A program made the translations under genes and the position numbers. DNA of 64,000 nucleotides, taken from positions 453 to 64,452 of the forward strand of contig JAHEAR010000021.1 of assembly GCA_024642665.1 (NCBI GenBank). Reading direction: 5' to 3'. Shown piece after piece: positions 30,138 through 41,847 of this stretch. The notes under the pieces are model-generated. The model was given only the letters and a program-made list of their open reading frames with translations, did not search any database and had not been told where the DNA came from. The stretch comes from Bacteroidota bacterium. Lineage in GTDB: Bacteria; Bacteroidota; Bacteroidia; Chitinophagales; Saprospiraceae. Within the stretch, counting starts at the first letter, position 1, and each line of letters opens with the position of its first letter.

Positions 30138-30163
30138 CTCCGCCCCGCACGTTAAAGGGTTAA

Positions 30164-30751
30164 CTAATTTGTGCTTGTATGCAGGAAGCTCAGGAATTTT
30201 GTCATTGCTTTTGCCCGATGACTGATTGCTTTTTTTACGCTATCCTTTAACTGCCCAAAGCTTTGATCAAAACCTGCAGGAATAAAAACAGGATCATATC
30301 CAAATCCTCCGGAACCCATTGGTGTTAAGCTAATCCGGCCTTCTACCTGACCCTTAAAAAAGTAACATTGTTCTTCATTCATTTGATAAGCAAAGACCGC
30401 TACAAAACGGGCATGTCTGAAAGGGATGTCCCGAAGTTCAAACAGGAGTTTAGCAATATTGTCTTCAGCACTTTTTTGCGGACCCGCATATCTGGCAGAT
30501 AAAATGCCGGGTTGATTGTTGAGCGCTATTACTTCCAAACCACTATCATCTGAAAAAGAAGGAATGCCGGTCTTTTTGAAAGTATATAATGCTTTTGCCT
30601 GCGCATTAGCCTCAAAAGAATCAAAGGGCTCAGGAATGTCTTCAGTCAATTCCACATCATGAAGCCCAAATAATTCATACCTGCCGGATACCATGGCGCG
30701 TACTTCACGTATTTTATTTTCATTATGACTGGCAAAGAGAAGTTGCTTCAT
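30164..30751 (-). CDS. rdgB: Non-canonical purine NTP pyrophosphatase (RdgB/HAM1)
   Basis: ASHNENK, DDSGL, GFGYDPVF and SHRAKA. Confidence 0.95.
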   Translation of the reverse strand: MKQLLFASHNENKIREVRAMVSGRYELFGLHDVELTEDIPEPFDSFEANAQAKALYTFKKTGIPSFSDDSGLEVIALNNQPGILSARYAGPQKSAEDNIAKLLFELRDIPFRHARFVAVFAYQMNEEQCYFFKGQVEGRISLTPMGSGGFGYDPVFIPAGFDQSFGQLKDSVKKAISHRAKAMTKFLSFLHTSTN

Positions 30752-30755
30752 GGTA

Positions 30756-31223
30756 CTATTTCGATTCCATAAAGCGTTGCATCGCTATCCATAAATCTTT
30801 CTTGGCATTGGAACTCTTCGCGAGAGACCCCAATGAAGCAGTCAGAATAAAAGAGAATCGTTCTAAGGTCAACAGGCCTGTTTTTGGGAGATCAATCCAG
30901 AGACCTAAAGCAGCAGGCGCAACACCAAAACTGATCATCAATTTAGGTTTGGGTCCATCATAGGCTGCCAACGATTTGGTGTCGCCAGAAGCTATTTGGA
31001 GACAATAAGTATCCTGCTCAAAATCGGCATTTAATGCATTGGAGATTTTGGCAAGGAGGGTCTTTTCTTCGTCCCCAGGTTCATTATCGATGATAATCCA
31101 CAGCCATTGGTCACCCGATGGGGGCTTAATGTCAAGGCTTTCAGGTATATTATACGTCGTATACGGTAACATTTGCCAAATTTTGTTGCAAGGTATTGTA
31201 AAATCAAAGAATAAAGTTAGCAA
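30756..31223 (-). CDS. Hypothetical protein (start may be 31172); weak resemblance to DNA pol III psi-like or UDG-fold proteins of Bacteroidota
   Basis: LLAKISNAL, ISFGV and KKDLWIAMQRF pattern; ends 4 nt before rdgB. Confidence 0.55.
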   Translation of the reverse strand: MLTLFFDFTIPCNKIWQMLPYTTYNIPESLDIKPPSGDQWLWIIIDNEPGDEEKTLLAKISNALNADFEQDTYCLQIASGDTKSLAAYDGPKPKLMISFGVAPAALGLWIDLPKTGLLTLERFSFILTASLGSLAKSSNAKKDLWIAMQRFMESK

Positions 31224-31291
31224 AATCGATATATAACATACTGACTATGAGAAAGTAATGTTTTTTATTATTTTTGTAGCAAATCTAAGAT

Positions 31292-32365
31292 ATGAAGAAC
31301 CTAAACGTAACATTGACTAATGAATCAAGGGTAGGTGAGGTAGATTTTCATAACCTTCCTTTTGGAAAGATTATTTCGGATCATATGTTTCAAATGGACT
31401 ATGATGGCGAAAATTGGGTAAATCCCCGAATATCTCCTGTCGAGAAGATGAGTATTCATCCGATGAACATGGCCCTGCATTATGGTCAATCCATCTTTGA
31501 AGGGATGAAAGCCTCCAGATCAAAAGAGGGTGTTCCTTTATTGTTTCGTCCGGAACTTCATGCCAAACGCATGAATGCCTCAGCCAAAAGGATGTGTATG
31601 CCTGAACTTCCTGAGGAGATTTTTGTGGAAGCTATTCATGCGATTGTAGGGCTGGAAAAGGAGTGGATTCCAAAAATTGAAGGGAGTGCTCTTTATGTGC
31701 GACCATTTATGTTTGCCATGGATGAAATGATTGGAGTCAGAGCATCCTTTACGTACAAATTTATGATCATCTGTTTACCGGTTGGTCCATATTATCCAAA
31801 ACCCATCAAGCTCCTTGTGGAGCAGCACTATATCCGTGCAGCGATCGGTGGGGTAGGTGAGGCAAAGACTTCAGGAAATTATGCAGCAGCCTTATACCCT
31901 TCAAAGCAAGGCCGGGAAAAAGGATATGATCAGTTACTTTGGTTAGATGCTGAAAAGCGAAAGTTCGTTCAGGAAGTCGGTACAATGAATATCTTTTTTG
32001 TTTTCAAAAATGAAGTCGTAACGCCGTCGACTACCGGTGCTATCCTAAAGGGTATCACACGAATGACGGCTATTGAAATCATGAAAGACAAAGGATTGAC
32101 AGTGAATGAACGTGAGCTTTCCATGGATGAAATCGTCAGCAGATATGAAGCTGGTGAATTGATCGAAGTATTTGGAACAGGTACGGCGGCACTTGTAGCC
32201 AATGTGGAAGAAGTCAAATACGGCGACATGTTCCTGCGTTTTGAAAGTAAGAATTGGGATCTTTCCACTTCCATTCGAACAGAAATAAATCAATTGCGCT
32301 ACGGTACGATTGCAGATAAGAAAGGCTGGACTGTTCCTGCTAAAGGAATTGAAATGGCAGTTTAA
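31292..32365 (+). CDS. ilvE: Branched-chain amino acid aminotransferase
   Basis: LHYGQSIFEGMKA, LYVRP, AKTSGNYA, EVGTMNIF and GTGTAA; TATTTTTG box at 31269-31276. Confidence 0.95.
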   Translation: MKNLNVTLTNESRVGEVDFHNLPFGKIISDHMFQMDYDGENWVNPRISPVEKMSIHPMNMALHYGQSIFEGMKASRSKEGVPLLFRPELHAKRMNASAKRMCMPELPEEIFVEAIHAIVGLEKEWIPKIEGSALYVRPFMFAMDEMIGVRASFTYKFMIICLPVGPYYPKPIKLLVEQHYIRAAIGGVGEAKTSGNYAAALYPSKQGREKGYDQLLWLDAEKRKFVQEVGTMNIFFVFKNEVVTPSTTGAILKGITRMTAIEIMKDKGLTVNERELSMDEIVSRYEAGELIEVFGTGTAALVANVEEVKYGDMFLRFESKNWDLSTSIRTEINQLRYGTIADKKGWTVPAKGIEMAV

Positions 32366-32405
32366 GCTGTGATTTCCAGGAGGAATAGTGTTTAGAAAGT
32401 TTAGC

Positions 32406-32431
32406 AAAAAGCACCGTAGGTGCTTTTTTTT
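32406..32431 (+). terminator. Intrinsic terminator of ilvE
   Basis: AAAAAGCACC-GTA-GGTGCTTTTTTTT. Confidence 0.75.
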
Positions 32432-32515
32432 AGCGGGTTTAGCAATAAAATTTCGTGACAAAATCAATCATCGAAGAAATCAAAAAACTAAACGTTTTTA
32501 TCGTTAGATAATAGT

Positions 32516-32564
32516 ACTCAACCTCGATACCGCAAGGCATCGAAACTAAACTTACTCAACACAC
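32516..32564. repeat. REP-like palindromic element
   Basis: ACTCAAC-C-TCGATACC-GCAA-GGCATCGA hairpin followed by AACTAAACTTACTCAAC, matching the 22745 and 41804 repeats in reverse orientation. Confidence 0.55.
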
Positions 32565-32588
32565 GGACCATTTACCCCTTTTCTTTTT

Positions 32589-32632
32589 AAAAAAAAATCC
32601 CGCCATCTTAGACAAGAGGCGGGATTTTTTTT
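32589..32632 (-). terminator. Intrinsic terminator of groEL
   Basis: A-run TCCCGCC...GGCGGGA T-run, ~20 nt past the groEL stop. Confidence 0.85.
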
Positions 32633-32652
32633 ATCCAGTCAGTACCAATGTA

Positions 32653-34302
<1,650 letters not shown>

Positions 34303-34353
34303 TTATTTTGTTAATGTTGAATAGTTAAATGGAGGTTTGCTTTCTATAAAAGT

Positions 34354-34626
34354 TTACCCAATGATGACTAATACGTCATCTTCTCGCATGATCAGATAGT
34401 CAACACCTTCATGGCTCAATTCCTGCCCGGAATATTTTCCATACAGGACAATGTCACCTGGTTTGACAGTCATTTTAACATCTTCCTTTCCAGGACCAAC
34501 GGCTATAACCTCACCGCGTTGGGGTTTTTCTTTCGCTGTATCCGGGATGATAATCCCTCCCTTTGTCTTTTCTTCAGCGGGAGCAGGTTTAATCACGATC
34601 CGGTCATTGATAGGTTTAAGTTTCAT
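34354..34626 (-). CDS. groES: Co-chaperonin GroES (true start at 34626, MKLKPINDR)
   Basis: [25 protein letters not shown] and YGKYSG. Confidence 0.97.
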   Translation of the reverse strand: MKLKPINDRIVIKPAPAEEKTKGGIIIPDTAKEKPQRGEVIAVGPGKEDVKMTVKPGDIVLYGKYSGQELSHEGVDYLIMREDDVLVIIG

Positions 34627-34685
34627 AGATTTTAATGATTTTATTGTTGAGTATATATTAAGCATTCCATTACAGGTACCTATTA

Positions 34686-34700
34686 TCATAAGATGTACCA
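34686..34700 (-). promoter_or_regulatory. Putative sigma54 (-24/-12) promoter of groESL
   Basis: Minus strand TGGTAC-ATCTT-ATGA: GG-N10-GA spacing, resembling TGGCAC-N5-TTGC. Confidence 0.5.
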
Positions 34701-34786
34701 GTTGGGGTATACCTGACAAAATTTCAGCATTGTTGAGTTTCTCAGACCTGCTATTATATTTTTACTTTCCGATGTGCCGGAATCGC

Positions 34787-34799
34787 TGCCAATATGACA
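34787..34799. promoter_or_regulatory. Putative activator-binding palindrome upstream of groES
   Basis: TGCCA-ATA-TGACA; related boxes at 34714-34726 (TGACA-AAA-TTTCA) and 39364-39376. Confidence 0.45.
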
Positions 34800-34876
34800 A
34801 AGGCCTATATGCCCTGTCAAGAAGACGTCAGGGAATCAAAATTGTTGTGATAACTCGATGAAATCGTAAAAAGTGC

Positions 34877-35104
34877 TTACTGGACAAAGAAACTGGCAAA
34901 AACACAAAGACCAAATAGTGCTGCCGTAAGACCCCAGGTCAATTTTTCGATAAAATCAACGGATTTGGCTGCACCGAACATTTGGTTGGCACTCTGCCCG
35001 CCGAAAGTGCTGTCCACACCTCCCCCTTTGGGATTCTGGATTAGAATAACCGCCATCAGGAGGACACAGATAAGGGCAATGATGATTGTGATTAACTTGA
35101 GCAT
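34877..35104 (-). CDS. secG: Preprotein translocase subunit SecG
   Basis: VILIQNPKGGG...FGG...FIEKLTW; two TM segments. Confidence 0.92.
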   Translation of the reverse strand: MLKLITIIIALICVLLMAVILIQNPKGGGVDSTFGGQSANQMFGAAKSVDFIEKLTWGLTAALFGLCVFASFFVQ

Positions 35105-35119
35105 GACAAAACGATATAA

Positions 35120-36097
35120 TTACTGTAAAGCCTCTATTTTGGCTGCAAAGAAACTACTTTTTTCCGGATATTTTTCAATGAGCTTAAGATACATCTCAAT
35201 GGCCCGCTCCTTATAGCCCTGCGCAGCCAATACATCGGCGTAAGTCTCTGATATAACCTCATTTAAGGCGCCTTTTTCCTGTGACAACGCAAAATCATCA
35301 TCATAGGGGTGCACATAATCAGCACCACCCAGATCCTTCAACCATTGGGTGAATGGCGACAAAGTGAATTTTTCACGGGAAGAGACATTTTTGACAACTG
35401 CTTTTATAACTGCCGGTGTTTGAGTTACTATTTTGACTGGTGAGGTCTTTTTAGTCGGGACTTTTTTAGCAGGGACTTTTTTTGCCGGTGTTTTTCCGCT
35501 CACCACCTTTTTGGCCGGCTTTTTCTTCGCTGCAGCCTTTTTTACTGCAGATTTCTTTAATTTCTCTTTTTTATCCTTTTGCTGTTTTTGAACAACTTTT
35601 GCAGCTTTTAAGATTCGTTTTCCCGGGGTTGGGGCCTTTTTGGTATCCTGTTCATCTTCAGGCAGTGGAGCTATTTCTGAGGATGGCGGTTCAATTGATT
35701 TTGGCAGAATCAGCGCAGCGCTATCATCTTCAAGGGGCGGTTTAACTTCTTTGGTTTTCTTGGGTTTTATCTTCCGGGATGCTTTGGTGTCGGTCTCATT
35801 TGCAGCGCCGGATTCTTCATTTAATGTTTTGACAGGTTTATTCACATCAGCCTTTAAGGTATCAGGAGAAGGTGTGCCCTCGTCATCGGGTGCCAATACA
35901 TTCTCAGAATCCTTACTTTGAACATAAGCAGTAAAGGATGGAAGTAGGTCTTCAAGCGTTTTGGTTGGATCAGGACTAAGTAGTTTAAAAGCATGATCAC
36001 TTTCAGCAAATGAAACACCATTGGCTATCTCAGGATGAAGCGCTTCCGGTAGACCAGGGGTAAGGGTATTTTTAAAATCTTTCTCTTCCATGCGCAA
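35120..36097 (-). CDS. Hypothetical protein with a disordered Lys/Pro/Ala-rich linker and a TPR-like C-terminal domain
   Basis: PAKK repeats; C-terminal ISETYADVLAAQG...AIEMYLKL...YPEKSSFFA; sits between lptE and secG. Confidence 0.75.
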   Translation of the reverse strand: MRMEEKDFKNTLTPGLPEALHPEIANGVSFAESDHAFKLLSPDPTKTLEDLLPSFTAYVQSKDSENVLAPDDEGTPSPDTLKADVNKPVKTLNEESGAANETDTKASRKIKPKKTKEVKPPLEDDSAALILPKSIEPPSSEIAPLPEDEQDTKKAPTPGKRILKAAKVVQKQQKDKKEKLKKSAVKKAAAKKKPAKKVVSGKTPAKKVPAKKVPTKKTSPVKIVTQTPAVIKAVVKNVSSREKFTLSPFTQWLKDLGGADYVHPYDDDFALSQEKGALNEVISETYADVLAAQGYKERAIEMYLKLIEKYPEKSSFFAAKIEALQ

Positions 36098-36100
36098 GGG

Positions 36101-36616
36101 CTACCAATTTGTAAAGGCCTCGTTAAAAACGTCTTCCAGAATTTGATTAAAGATAATAACGATGAGCTCATCCTGCACCTGTAGAAGGTTTTGATCCGAA
36201 GGGAAGTCAGCAAAATGCGAAAAGGTCTTGGTCCATTGATCCTTTTCATCCAGATTATTCGTATAGTCAATGGCGACATAGATGGTCAGCCGGTTAAATG
36301 AGGTCTGTTCATCCGGCCGAGGAGCCACCGCCATTACGACATAGTTTTCAATCGAACCATTAAATTCAAGATCAGCATCCGTATCAATGTATTTCAATTT
36401 CGACTGCCGGGCCACTTTGTCTTTAAGCTGTTCTTGAAAGGTATTGGCTATTGTTGCAGGGGCATTCTGAGCTTTCTGTTTGAAAGTCCCGACATAAAAT
36501 GTTTTTGCCAGAGGATCTATGCTGTATCCGTTCATGGAAACCTTGCATCCGCATCCCGCTATAACGGGGAGAAAAAGACTCAGTAAAAGTAATCTCAGGA
36601 TGCTATTCATTTGCAA
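36101..36616 (-). CDS. lptE: LPS assembly lipoprotein LptE family
   Basis: Lipobox IAGC; ADLEFNGSIENY, NRLTIYV and C-terminal FNEAFTNW; position after the sigma54 activator. Confidence 0.78.
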   Translation of the reverse strand: MQMNSILRLLLLSLFLPVIAGCGCKVSMNGYSIDPLAKTFYVGTFKQKAQNAPATIANTFQEQLKDKVARQSKLKYIDTDADLEFNGSIENYVVMAVAPRPDEQTSFNRLTIYVAIDYTNNLDEKDQWTKTFSHFADFPSDQNLLQVQDELIVIIFNQILEDVFNEAFTNW

Positions 36617-36637
36617 TCAGCGGTTAATTTCTTTTGA

Positions 36638-37888
36638 TTAAATATCGTATTGTTTGATCTTTCGGTAGAGGGTTCGTTCAGAAATGCCAAGTTCGATGGC
36701 AGCTTCTTTTCTGCGCCCGCCATGTCGTTTAAGTGATTTTCGGATCATTTCTTTTTCCATATCCTCCAGCGCGAGATGATCGTCGACCACTTCCGTGCGA
36801 TCATATTTTTTCTCATCCAGAATGATAGGTTGCCGATCATTATGTGACGCAGATCCTGAAATTTCCGGGATAGAGGGGCTTTTCCATGGCTCAGGAGCAA
36901 TCACATCGTCATTAGCCATTTGCTTATCAAAAGCATTGAAGCTGATTGTGTCCGGCATCCGAAGATTATTACCGCGAATCAATTCAAATACCAATTGTTT
37001 CAGATCATGTAAGTCTCCTTTCATATCAAAAAGCAATTTGTACAGAATCTCTCTTTCCTGAAGACTGTCCTTGCCTTTTGTAAGTGCGGGAAGATTAGTT
37101 TTGGTGATGTGCGGTGCAATTCCAATGATGGTATCGACATCTATCACTTTATCCTCTGAAAGGACACTCAGCTGCTCTACCAGATTTTTAAGCTCTCTGA
37201 TATTTCCCGGCCAGGGATATTTCATCAAAAGCGTTTTGGACTGTTCATCCAAATGAATCGAATCTGTATGGTAGGCTTCTGCAAAATCAACCGCAAATCG
37301 TCTGATGAGGATAGGGATGTCTTCGATACGTTCTTTTAGACTTGGAATGTGGATGGGAACCGTATTGAGCCTGTAATACAAATCTTCTCTGAACTTTCCT
37401 TGCTGAATAGCTTTCATGAGATCAACATTGCTGGCGGCAATGACACGCACATCGGTTTTTTGCGTCGTGGAGGAACCTACCCGAATGTATTCTCCTGACT
37501 CCAATACACGCAGTAGATAGGATTGGGTGTCCAGGGGCATCTCACTGATCTCATCAAGAAAAATAGTACCGCCGTCCACGGTTTCAAAGTAACCTTTGCG
37601 GTCAGCGGTCGCTCCTGTAAAAGCCCCTTTTTCATGTCCAAACAATTCAGAATTGATTGTCCCTTGCGGTATAGCTCCGCAGTTGACGGCAATAAATTTG
37701 TTATGTTTTCTGGTGCTTAAGGCATGGATAATCTGACTGAAAATTTCTTTTCCGACACCACTTTCTCCGGTGATTAAAACAGTGAGATCAGTCGCGGCAA
37801 CACGAATAGCGGTATTCAGGGCTCTATCATAGACCGCTGATTTTCCGACCAGACCGAATCGTTGTTTGATAGCTGCTATTGAACTCAT
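36638..37888 (-). CDS. Sigma54-dependent enhancer-binding protein (AAA+ plus Fis HTH), no sensory domain
   Basis: GESGVGKE, ELFGHEKGAFTGA, FLDEI, FREDLYYRL, WPGNIREL and LGISERTLYRK. Confidence 0.95.
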   Translation of the reverse strand: MSSIAAIKQRFGLVGKSAVYDRALNTAIRVAATDLTVLITGESGVGKEIFSQIIHALSTRKHNKFIAVNCGAIPQGTINSELFGHEKGAFTGATADRKGYFETVDGGTIFLDEISEMPLDTQSYLLRVLESGEYIRVGSSTTQKTDVRVIAASNVDLMKAIQQGKFREDLYYRLNTVPIHIPSLKERIEDIPILIRRFAVDFAEAYHTDSIHLDEQSKTLLMKYPWPGNIRELKNLVEQLSVLSEDKVIDVDTIIGIAPHITKTNLPALTKGKDSLQEREILYKLLFDMKGDLHDLKQLVFELIRGNNLRMPDTISFNAFDKQMANDDVIAPEPWKSPSIPEISGSASHNDRQPIILDEKKYDRTEVVDDHLALEDMEKEMIRKSLKRHGGRRKEAAIELGISERTLYRKIKQYDI

Positions 37889-37900
37889 TGAATATAATTA

Positions 37901-39331
37901 TTAGTTAGGCACAATGCGCCCCATCAATGTGGCACTGGTTGCTGATTCAATCAGGACTTGCACATAATCGCCGGGTTTTAAGCCGGGTTGCTTAGGAAAG
38001 ATGATCATTTTGTTCTGAGCGCTCCGTCCTTTAAAATCAAGATTTGATTTTTTCGAATCGCCTTCAATCAGCACTTTGAATGTGTGACCGATATCACGCG
38101 TAAGATTTTTTAGCGAAACTTCACTCTGCATGGCGACAATTTCACTGAGTCGTCGCTGTTTTATTTCTTCAGGTATATCATCTGTGTACTTTCTGGCAGC
38201 CAGTGTACCAGGCCGTTCTGAGTATTTAAACATATAACTCATACTGTAATCTGCCCAGCTGATCATCGACAGAGTGTCCTGATGCTCCTCTTCCGTCTCA
38301 GTGCAGAAGCCAGCGATGATGTCAGATGATATAGCGCAATCCGGTACAATCTTTCTGATCGCTCGAATTCGATCTTCATACCATGCACGATCATAAGTTC
38401 TGTTCATCAACGAAAGGATACGACTGTTACCCGACTGAATCGGCAGATGAATGTAGCTGCAAATGTTTTCGTATCGAGCCATGATGTAGAGAACATCATC
38501 CAGCATATCCTTTGGGTGTGATGTGCTGAAGCGAACACGCAAGTCCGGATGAATAAGCGCTACGAGCTCAAGTAGTTTTGCAAAGGAATATGTTTCATGC
38601 GTTTCCGGATGGATCCATTTGTAGGAATCTACATTTTGCCCCAACAAGGTTATTTCCCGGTAGCCATTATCAAACAGGTGCGTGGCTTCTGATACAATGG
38701 TAAACGGGTCTCTGGAGCGCTCTCTTCCTCTGGTAAATGGAACGACACAAAACGAACACATGTTGTCACAACCCCGCATGATGGAGATAAAAGCAGTCAC
38801 GCCATTGCTTTCCAGGCGAACCGGATTGATATCAGCGTATGTTTCATCCCTTGAGAGGAGGACATTGATTCCTTTATCACCATCATCCACCTGCCCCAGA
38901 AGGTTGGGAAGATCTCTGTAGGCATCCGGTCCAACGACAAGATCCACCAGCTTTTCTTCCTCCAGCAGTGTTTTTTTCAGACGTTCAGCCATGCATCCTA
39001 AAACGCCCACCGTCATACCGGGTCTTCGTTTCTTCATTTTGTCGATGACTCTTAAGCGCTGTCTGACGGTATCTTCTGCCTTTTCCCGGATAGAGCAAGT
39101 ATTCAATAATACCAGGTCTGCGCTTTCTATATCCCTGGTTGGCCTATACTGGCAATCAGATAGAATGGAAGCCACGATTTCACTGTCGCTGAAATTCATT
39201 GAACATCCATAGCTTTCTATATAAAACTGCTTTAGATTTCCATGGTTAATAACCTCTGAATCAGTATTATAGAATGCTTCTCCCTGTCGGGATTCATCGA
39301 TGTTTTTGCTATTGGAAACTGTTGGATTCAT
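37901..39331 (-). CDS. miaB: tRNA-i6A37 methylthiotransferase
   Basis: [22 protein letters not shown], radical [11 protein letters not shown] and C-terminal TRAM domain. Confidence 0.95.
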   Translation of the reverse strand: MNPTVSNSKNIDESRQGEAFYNTDSEVINHGNLKQFYIESYGCSMNFSDSEIVASILSDCQYRPTRDIESADLVLLNTCSIREKAEDTVRQRLRVIDKMKKRRPGMTVGVLGCMAERLKKTLLEEEKLVDLVVGPDAYRDLPNLLGQVDDGDKGINVLLSRDETYADINPVRLESNGVTAFISIMRGCDNMCSFCVVPFTRGRERSRDPFTIVSEATHLFDNGYREITLLGQNVDSYKWIHPETHETYSFAKLLELVALIHPDLRVRFSTSHPKDMLDDVLYIMARYENICSYIHLPIQSGNSRILSLMNRTYDRAWYEDRIRAIRKIVPDCAISSDIIAGFCTETEEEHQDTLSMISWADYSMSYMFKYSERPGTLAARKYTDDIPEEIKQRRLSEIVAMQSEVSLKNLTRDIGHTFKVLIEGDSKKSNLDFKGRSAQNKMIIFPKQPGLKPGDYVQVLIESATSATLMGRIVPN

Positions 39332-39346
39332 ATTTTAAAAGGGGAT

Positions 39347-39376
39347 CAAAGATAGAGAATATCTGCCATTTTGGCA
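39347..39376 (-). promoter_or_regulatory. miaB-operon promoter (-7 box TATCTTTG) with an adjacent perfect palindrome TGCCA-N3-TGGCA
   Basis: CAAAGATA at 39347-39354; TGCCATTTTGGCA at 39364-39376. Confidence 0.6.
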
Positions 39377-39584
39377 CATTTTTTTGATTTAGTGATGGAG
39401 TGATTTGGTGATTGGGCAGGGAGCATGGGGCATGGGGTGATTTAATGATAAGTGAGTCGCGCTTCGCGCGTCGAAAAGTCTCAGTTCTAAAAATCCCAAG
39501 TCTCAGGTCCATAAGTCACAGGTCTCCATTATCTCGATTGTTCCTCAAAAAGGTGGTACTTTTATGGGCTAAAATTTTCCAATT

Positions 39585-40862
39585 ATGAGCACAGAGACAG
39601 TTAAAAAATCAGCCTATTTCATTGACCTGGAAGACAAGTACGGAGCCCATAATTATCATCCGCTGCCGGTTGTCCTAACCAAAGGAGAAGGAGTATTCCT
39701 TTGGGATGCAGAAGGAAAAAAGTATTACGATTTTTTATCGGCTTACAGTGCGGTCAATCAAGGGCATTGCCACCCAAGAATTATAAAAGCTCTGGTGGAT
39801 CAGGCCAGTGAGTTGACGCTCACTTCAAGAGCATTTTACAACAATAAGTTAGGGGTGTATGAGGAATATCTCACTTCATACTTTGGATTTGACAAAGCAC
39901 TCATCGCCAATTCCGGCGTTGAGGCGGTTGAATCAGCCATCAAGCTTTGCCGAAAGTGGGCTTACGAAAAGAAAGGTTTGACAGATCAGTCCGCCAAGAT
40001 AGTTTTCGTTGAGGGTAATTTTCATGGACGAACATTGGGGGTTATTTCTGCTTCAACAGATCCTTTGAGTACCTCTGGATTTGGCCCGTATCTTCCGGGT
40101 ATTATCATAGTTCCCTATAATGATCAGGCGGCCATGGCAGAAGCACTTGAGGATCCGAATGTAGCAGGAGTTCTTGTAGAGCCTATTCAGGGTGAAGCCG
40201 GCGTTGTGGTGCCGGATGCAGATTATCTTCCCTTTATCAGAAAGCAGTGTACTGATAAAAATATCCTCATGATTGCTGATGAGGTACAAACAGGCATCGC
40301 GCGAACAGGAAAACTCCTGGCAACATGCGGTAATTGTAGTTGCGATGGATTTTGTGAAAACCAACCTGAAGTGAAACCTGATATACTTATTCTTGGAAAA
40401 GCCATTTCTGGTGGGGTATTACCGGTTTCCGCCATCCTGGCCAATGACGATGTGATGCTTTGCATTCGTCCCGGAGAACATGGATCTACCTTCGGTGGAA
40501 ATCCACTGGCCTGTGTAGTAAGTATGGCTGCATTGGACGTGATCAGAGATGAACGACTCGATGCCAACGCAGAACAACTTGGAAGGATCTTCAGAGATCG
40601 TATGCGTCGAATGATCGAATCCAATCCGATAGTCACATTAGTGAGAGGTAAAGGACTCCTTAATGCGATTGTGCTGGATGATTCAGAAGAAGGTAAACTC
40701 GCCTGGAATATCTGCGTGCGACTCTCAGAAAATGGGCTATTAGCCAAACCCACGCATGGCAACATTATTCGTTTCTCACCGCCTTTGGTGATGACGGAGG
40801 ATCAGATTCATGAATGTTGTGACATTATTGAAAAAGTCATTGGTGAATTTAGAAAACAATAG
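39585..40862 (+). CDS. rocD: Ornithine--oxo-acid aminotransferase
   Basis: [37 protein letters not shown] and [10 protein letters not shown]. Confidence 0.96.
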   Translation: MSTETVKKSAYFIDLEDKYGAHNYHPLPVVLTKGEGVFLWDAEGKKYYDFLSAYSAVNQGHCHPRIIKALVDQASELTLTSRAFYNNKLGVYEEYLTSYFGFDKALIANSGVEAVESAIKLCRKWAYEKKGLTDQSAKIVFVEGNFHGRTLGVISASTDPLSTSGFGPYLPGIIIVPYNDQAAMAEALEDPNVAGVLVEPIQGEAGVVVPDADYLPFIRKQCTDKNILMIADEVQTGIARTGKLLATCGNCSCDGFCENQPEVKPDILILGKAISGGVLPVSAILANDDVMLCIRPGEHGSTFGGNPLACVVSMAALDVIRDERLDANAEQLGRIFRDRMRRMIESNPIVTLVRGKGLLNAIVLDDSEEGKLAWNICVRLSENGLLAKPTHGNIIRFSPPLVMTEDQIHECCDIIEKVIGEFRKQ

Positions 40863-40913
40863 AGCGAAAAGTATGCTTTGCCCTTAGGGTAGAGCGTTCT
40901 GCAAAAACAATCC

Positions 40914-41510
40914 TCAGCTTATTTCTAAAATCATATGATGTATATCCCTCACCTGCTCAATGAGTGATCGGCCACTATCATTGTAAATCACATAATCGGC
41001 TAAAGGGATTTTGTTCTGATCCGGCCATTGATGACTTATTCGCTGACGAACTTGTTCTGCACTTGTTTTGTCTCGATCGACTACGCGTTGAATTCTAGTC
41101 TCTTCGTCTGCAATGACAAGGATAATGGCGTCTAATCGGTCCGTTAAGTTTTCTTCGAAAAGGATAGCGCTTTCCTGAATCAGATATGGTGCTGCTTTCT
41201 GTTCTGATTCTTCTGCCCAGGCAAGTAAGTCATGATACACAGCCGGGTGAACGATTGCATTTAGTTTTTTTAATAGATTAGTATTGTTAAAAACCTTTGA
41301 GGCGATCCACTGCCGGTTTACGGAGCCATCCGGTAGAAATGCATCTCTTCCAAATAACGTTTGAACGCCGGATCGAACATTTTCGTTTTCATGCATTAAA
41401 ACTTTTGCACGATGGTCAGATTCATACACGGCGATACCCAATGTTTGAAACATACCGGCCACAGTAGATTTTCCTGAGCCAATTCCTCCTGTAAGTCCAA
41501 TGAGCTTCAT
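40914..41510 (-). CDS. coaE: Dephospho-CoA kinase (start at MKLIG, 41510)
   Basis: IGLTGGIGSGKS, LNAIVHP and ADYVIYN. Confidence 0.95.
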   Translation of the reverse strand: MKLIGLTGGIGSGKSTVAGMFQTLGIAVYESDHRAKVLMHENENVRSGVQTLFGRDAFLPDGSVNRQWIASKVFNNTNLLKKLNAIVHPAVYHDLLAWAEESEQKAAPYLIQESAILFEENLTDRLDAIILVIADEETRIQRVVDRDKTSAEQVRQRISHQWPDQNKIPLADYVIYNDSGRSLIEQVRDIHHMILEIS

Positions 41511-41803
41511 AGCGATGTAAAGTTGCAAAGAATATAGATACTATTAGCTTTTTCCATTTTTCTTGAGGGAAACATTTATTTGCATGCAAAGGCAAAGGAA
41601 AAAAACCGCACGCAAGGAAAAAAAAGAAAAATCATAGAATACAAGTACCCCCATTTAGGGGGCAAAGGGGGTTCACGCGAGTAATGCGAATCAATTTCAA
41701 TGTAAAATTAGCACGCAATGGCAGAAGCGTCTTTTTTTTGTTTTTCCGGTGGATATTGTGTTGAGTCAAGATACCTTTCGGTCTCTTTGGTTTAGCACGA
41801 GGC

Positions 41804-41847
41804 GCCTTAGGCGCATGTTGTTGAGAGAGTTTAGTGGAATGACTATC
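41804..41847. repeat. Dispersed REP-like repeat, copy 2
   Basis: 36/44 identical to 22745-22788; begins in a GCGCC-TTA-GGCGC hairpin. Confidence 0.7.

Noticed and set aside
34627..34719. N-terminal extension of GroES in the ORF track
   Set aside because: GroES homology begins at MKLKP (34626); the extension covers the putative promoter
34627..34876. CIRCE/HrcA operator upstream of groES
   Set aside because: No TTAGCACTC-N9-GAGTGCTAA match
39372..39387. TGGCAC...TTGA as a sigma54 promoter for rocD on the + strand
   Set aside because: Spacing is GG-N11-GA, one base off the strict requirement; better explained as half of the palindrome
40223..40765. 180-aa minus-strand ORF inside rocD (likewise 9370-9915 inside actB and 61810-62277)
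   Set aside because: Fully antisense to well-supported genes, with no recognisable features
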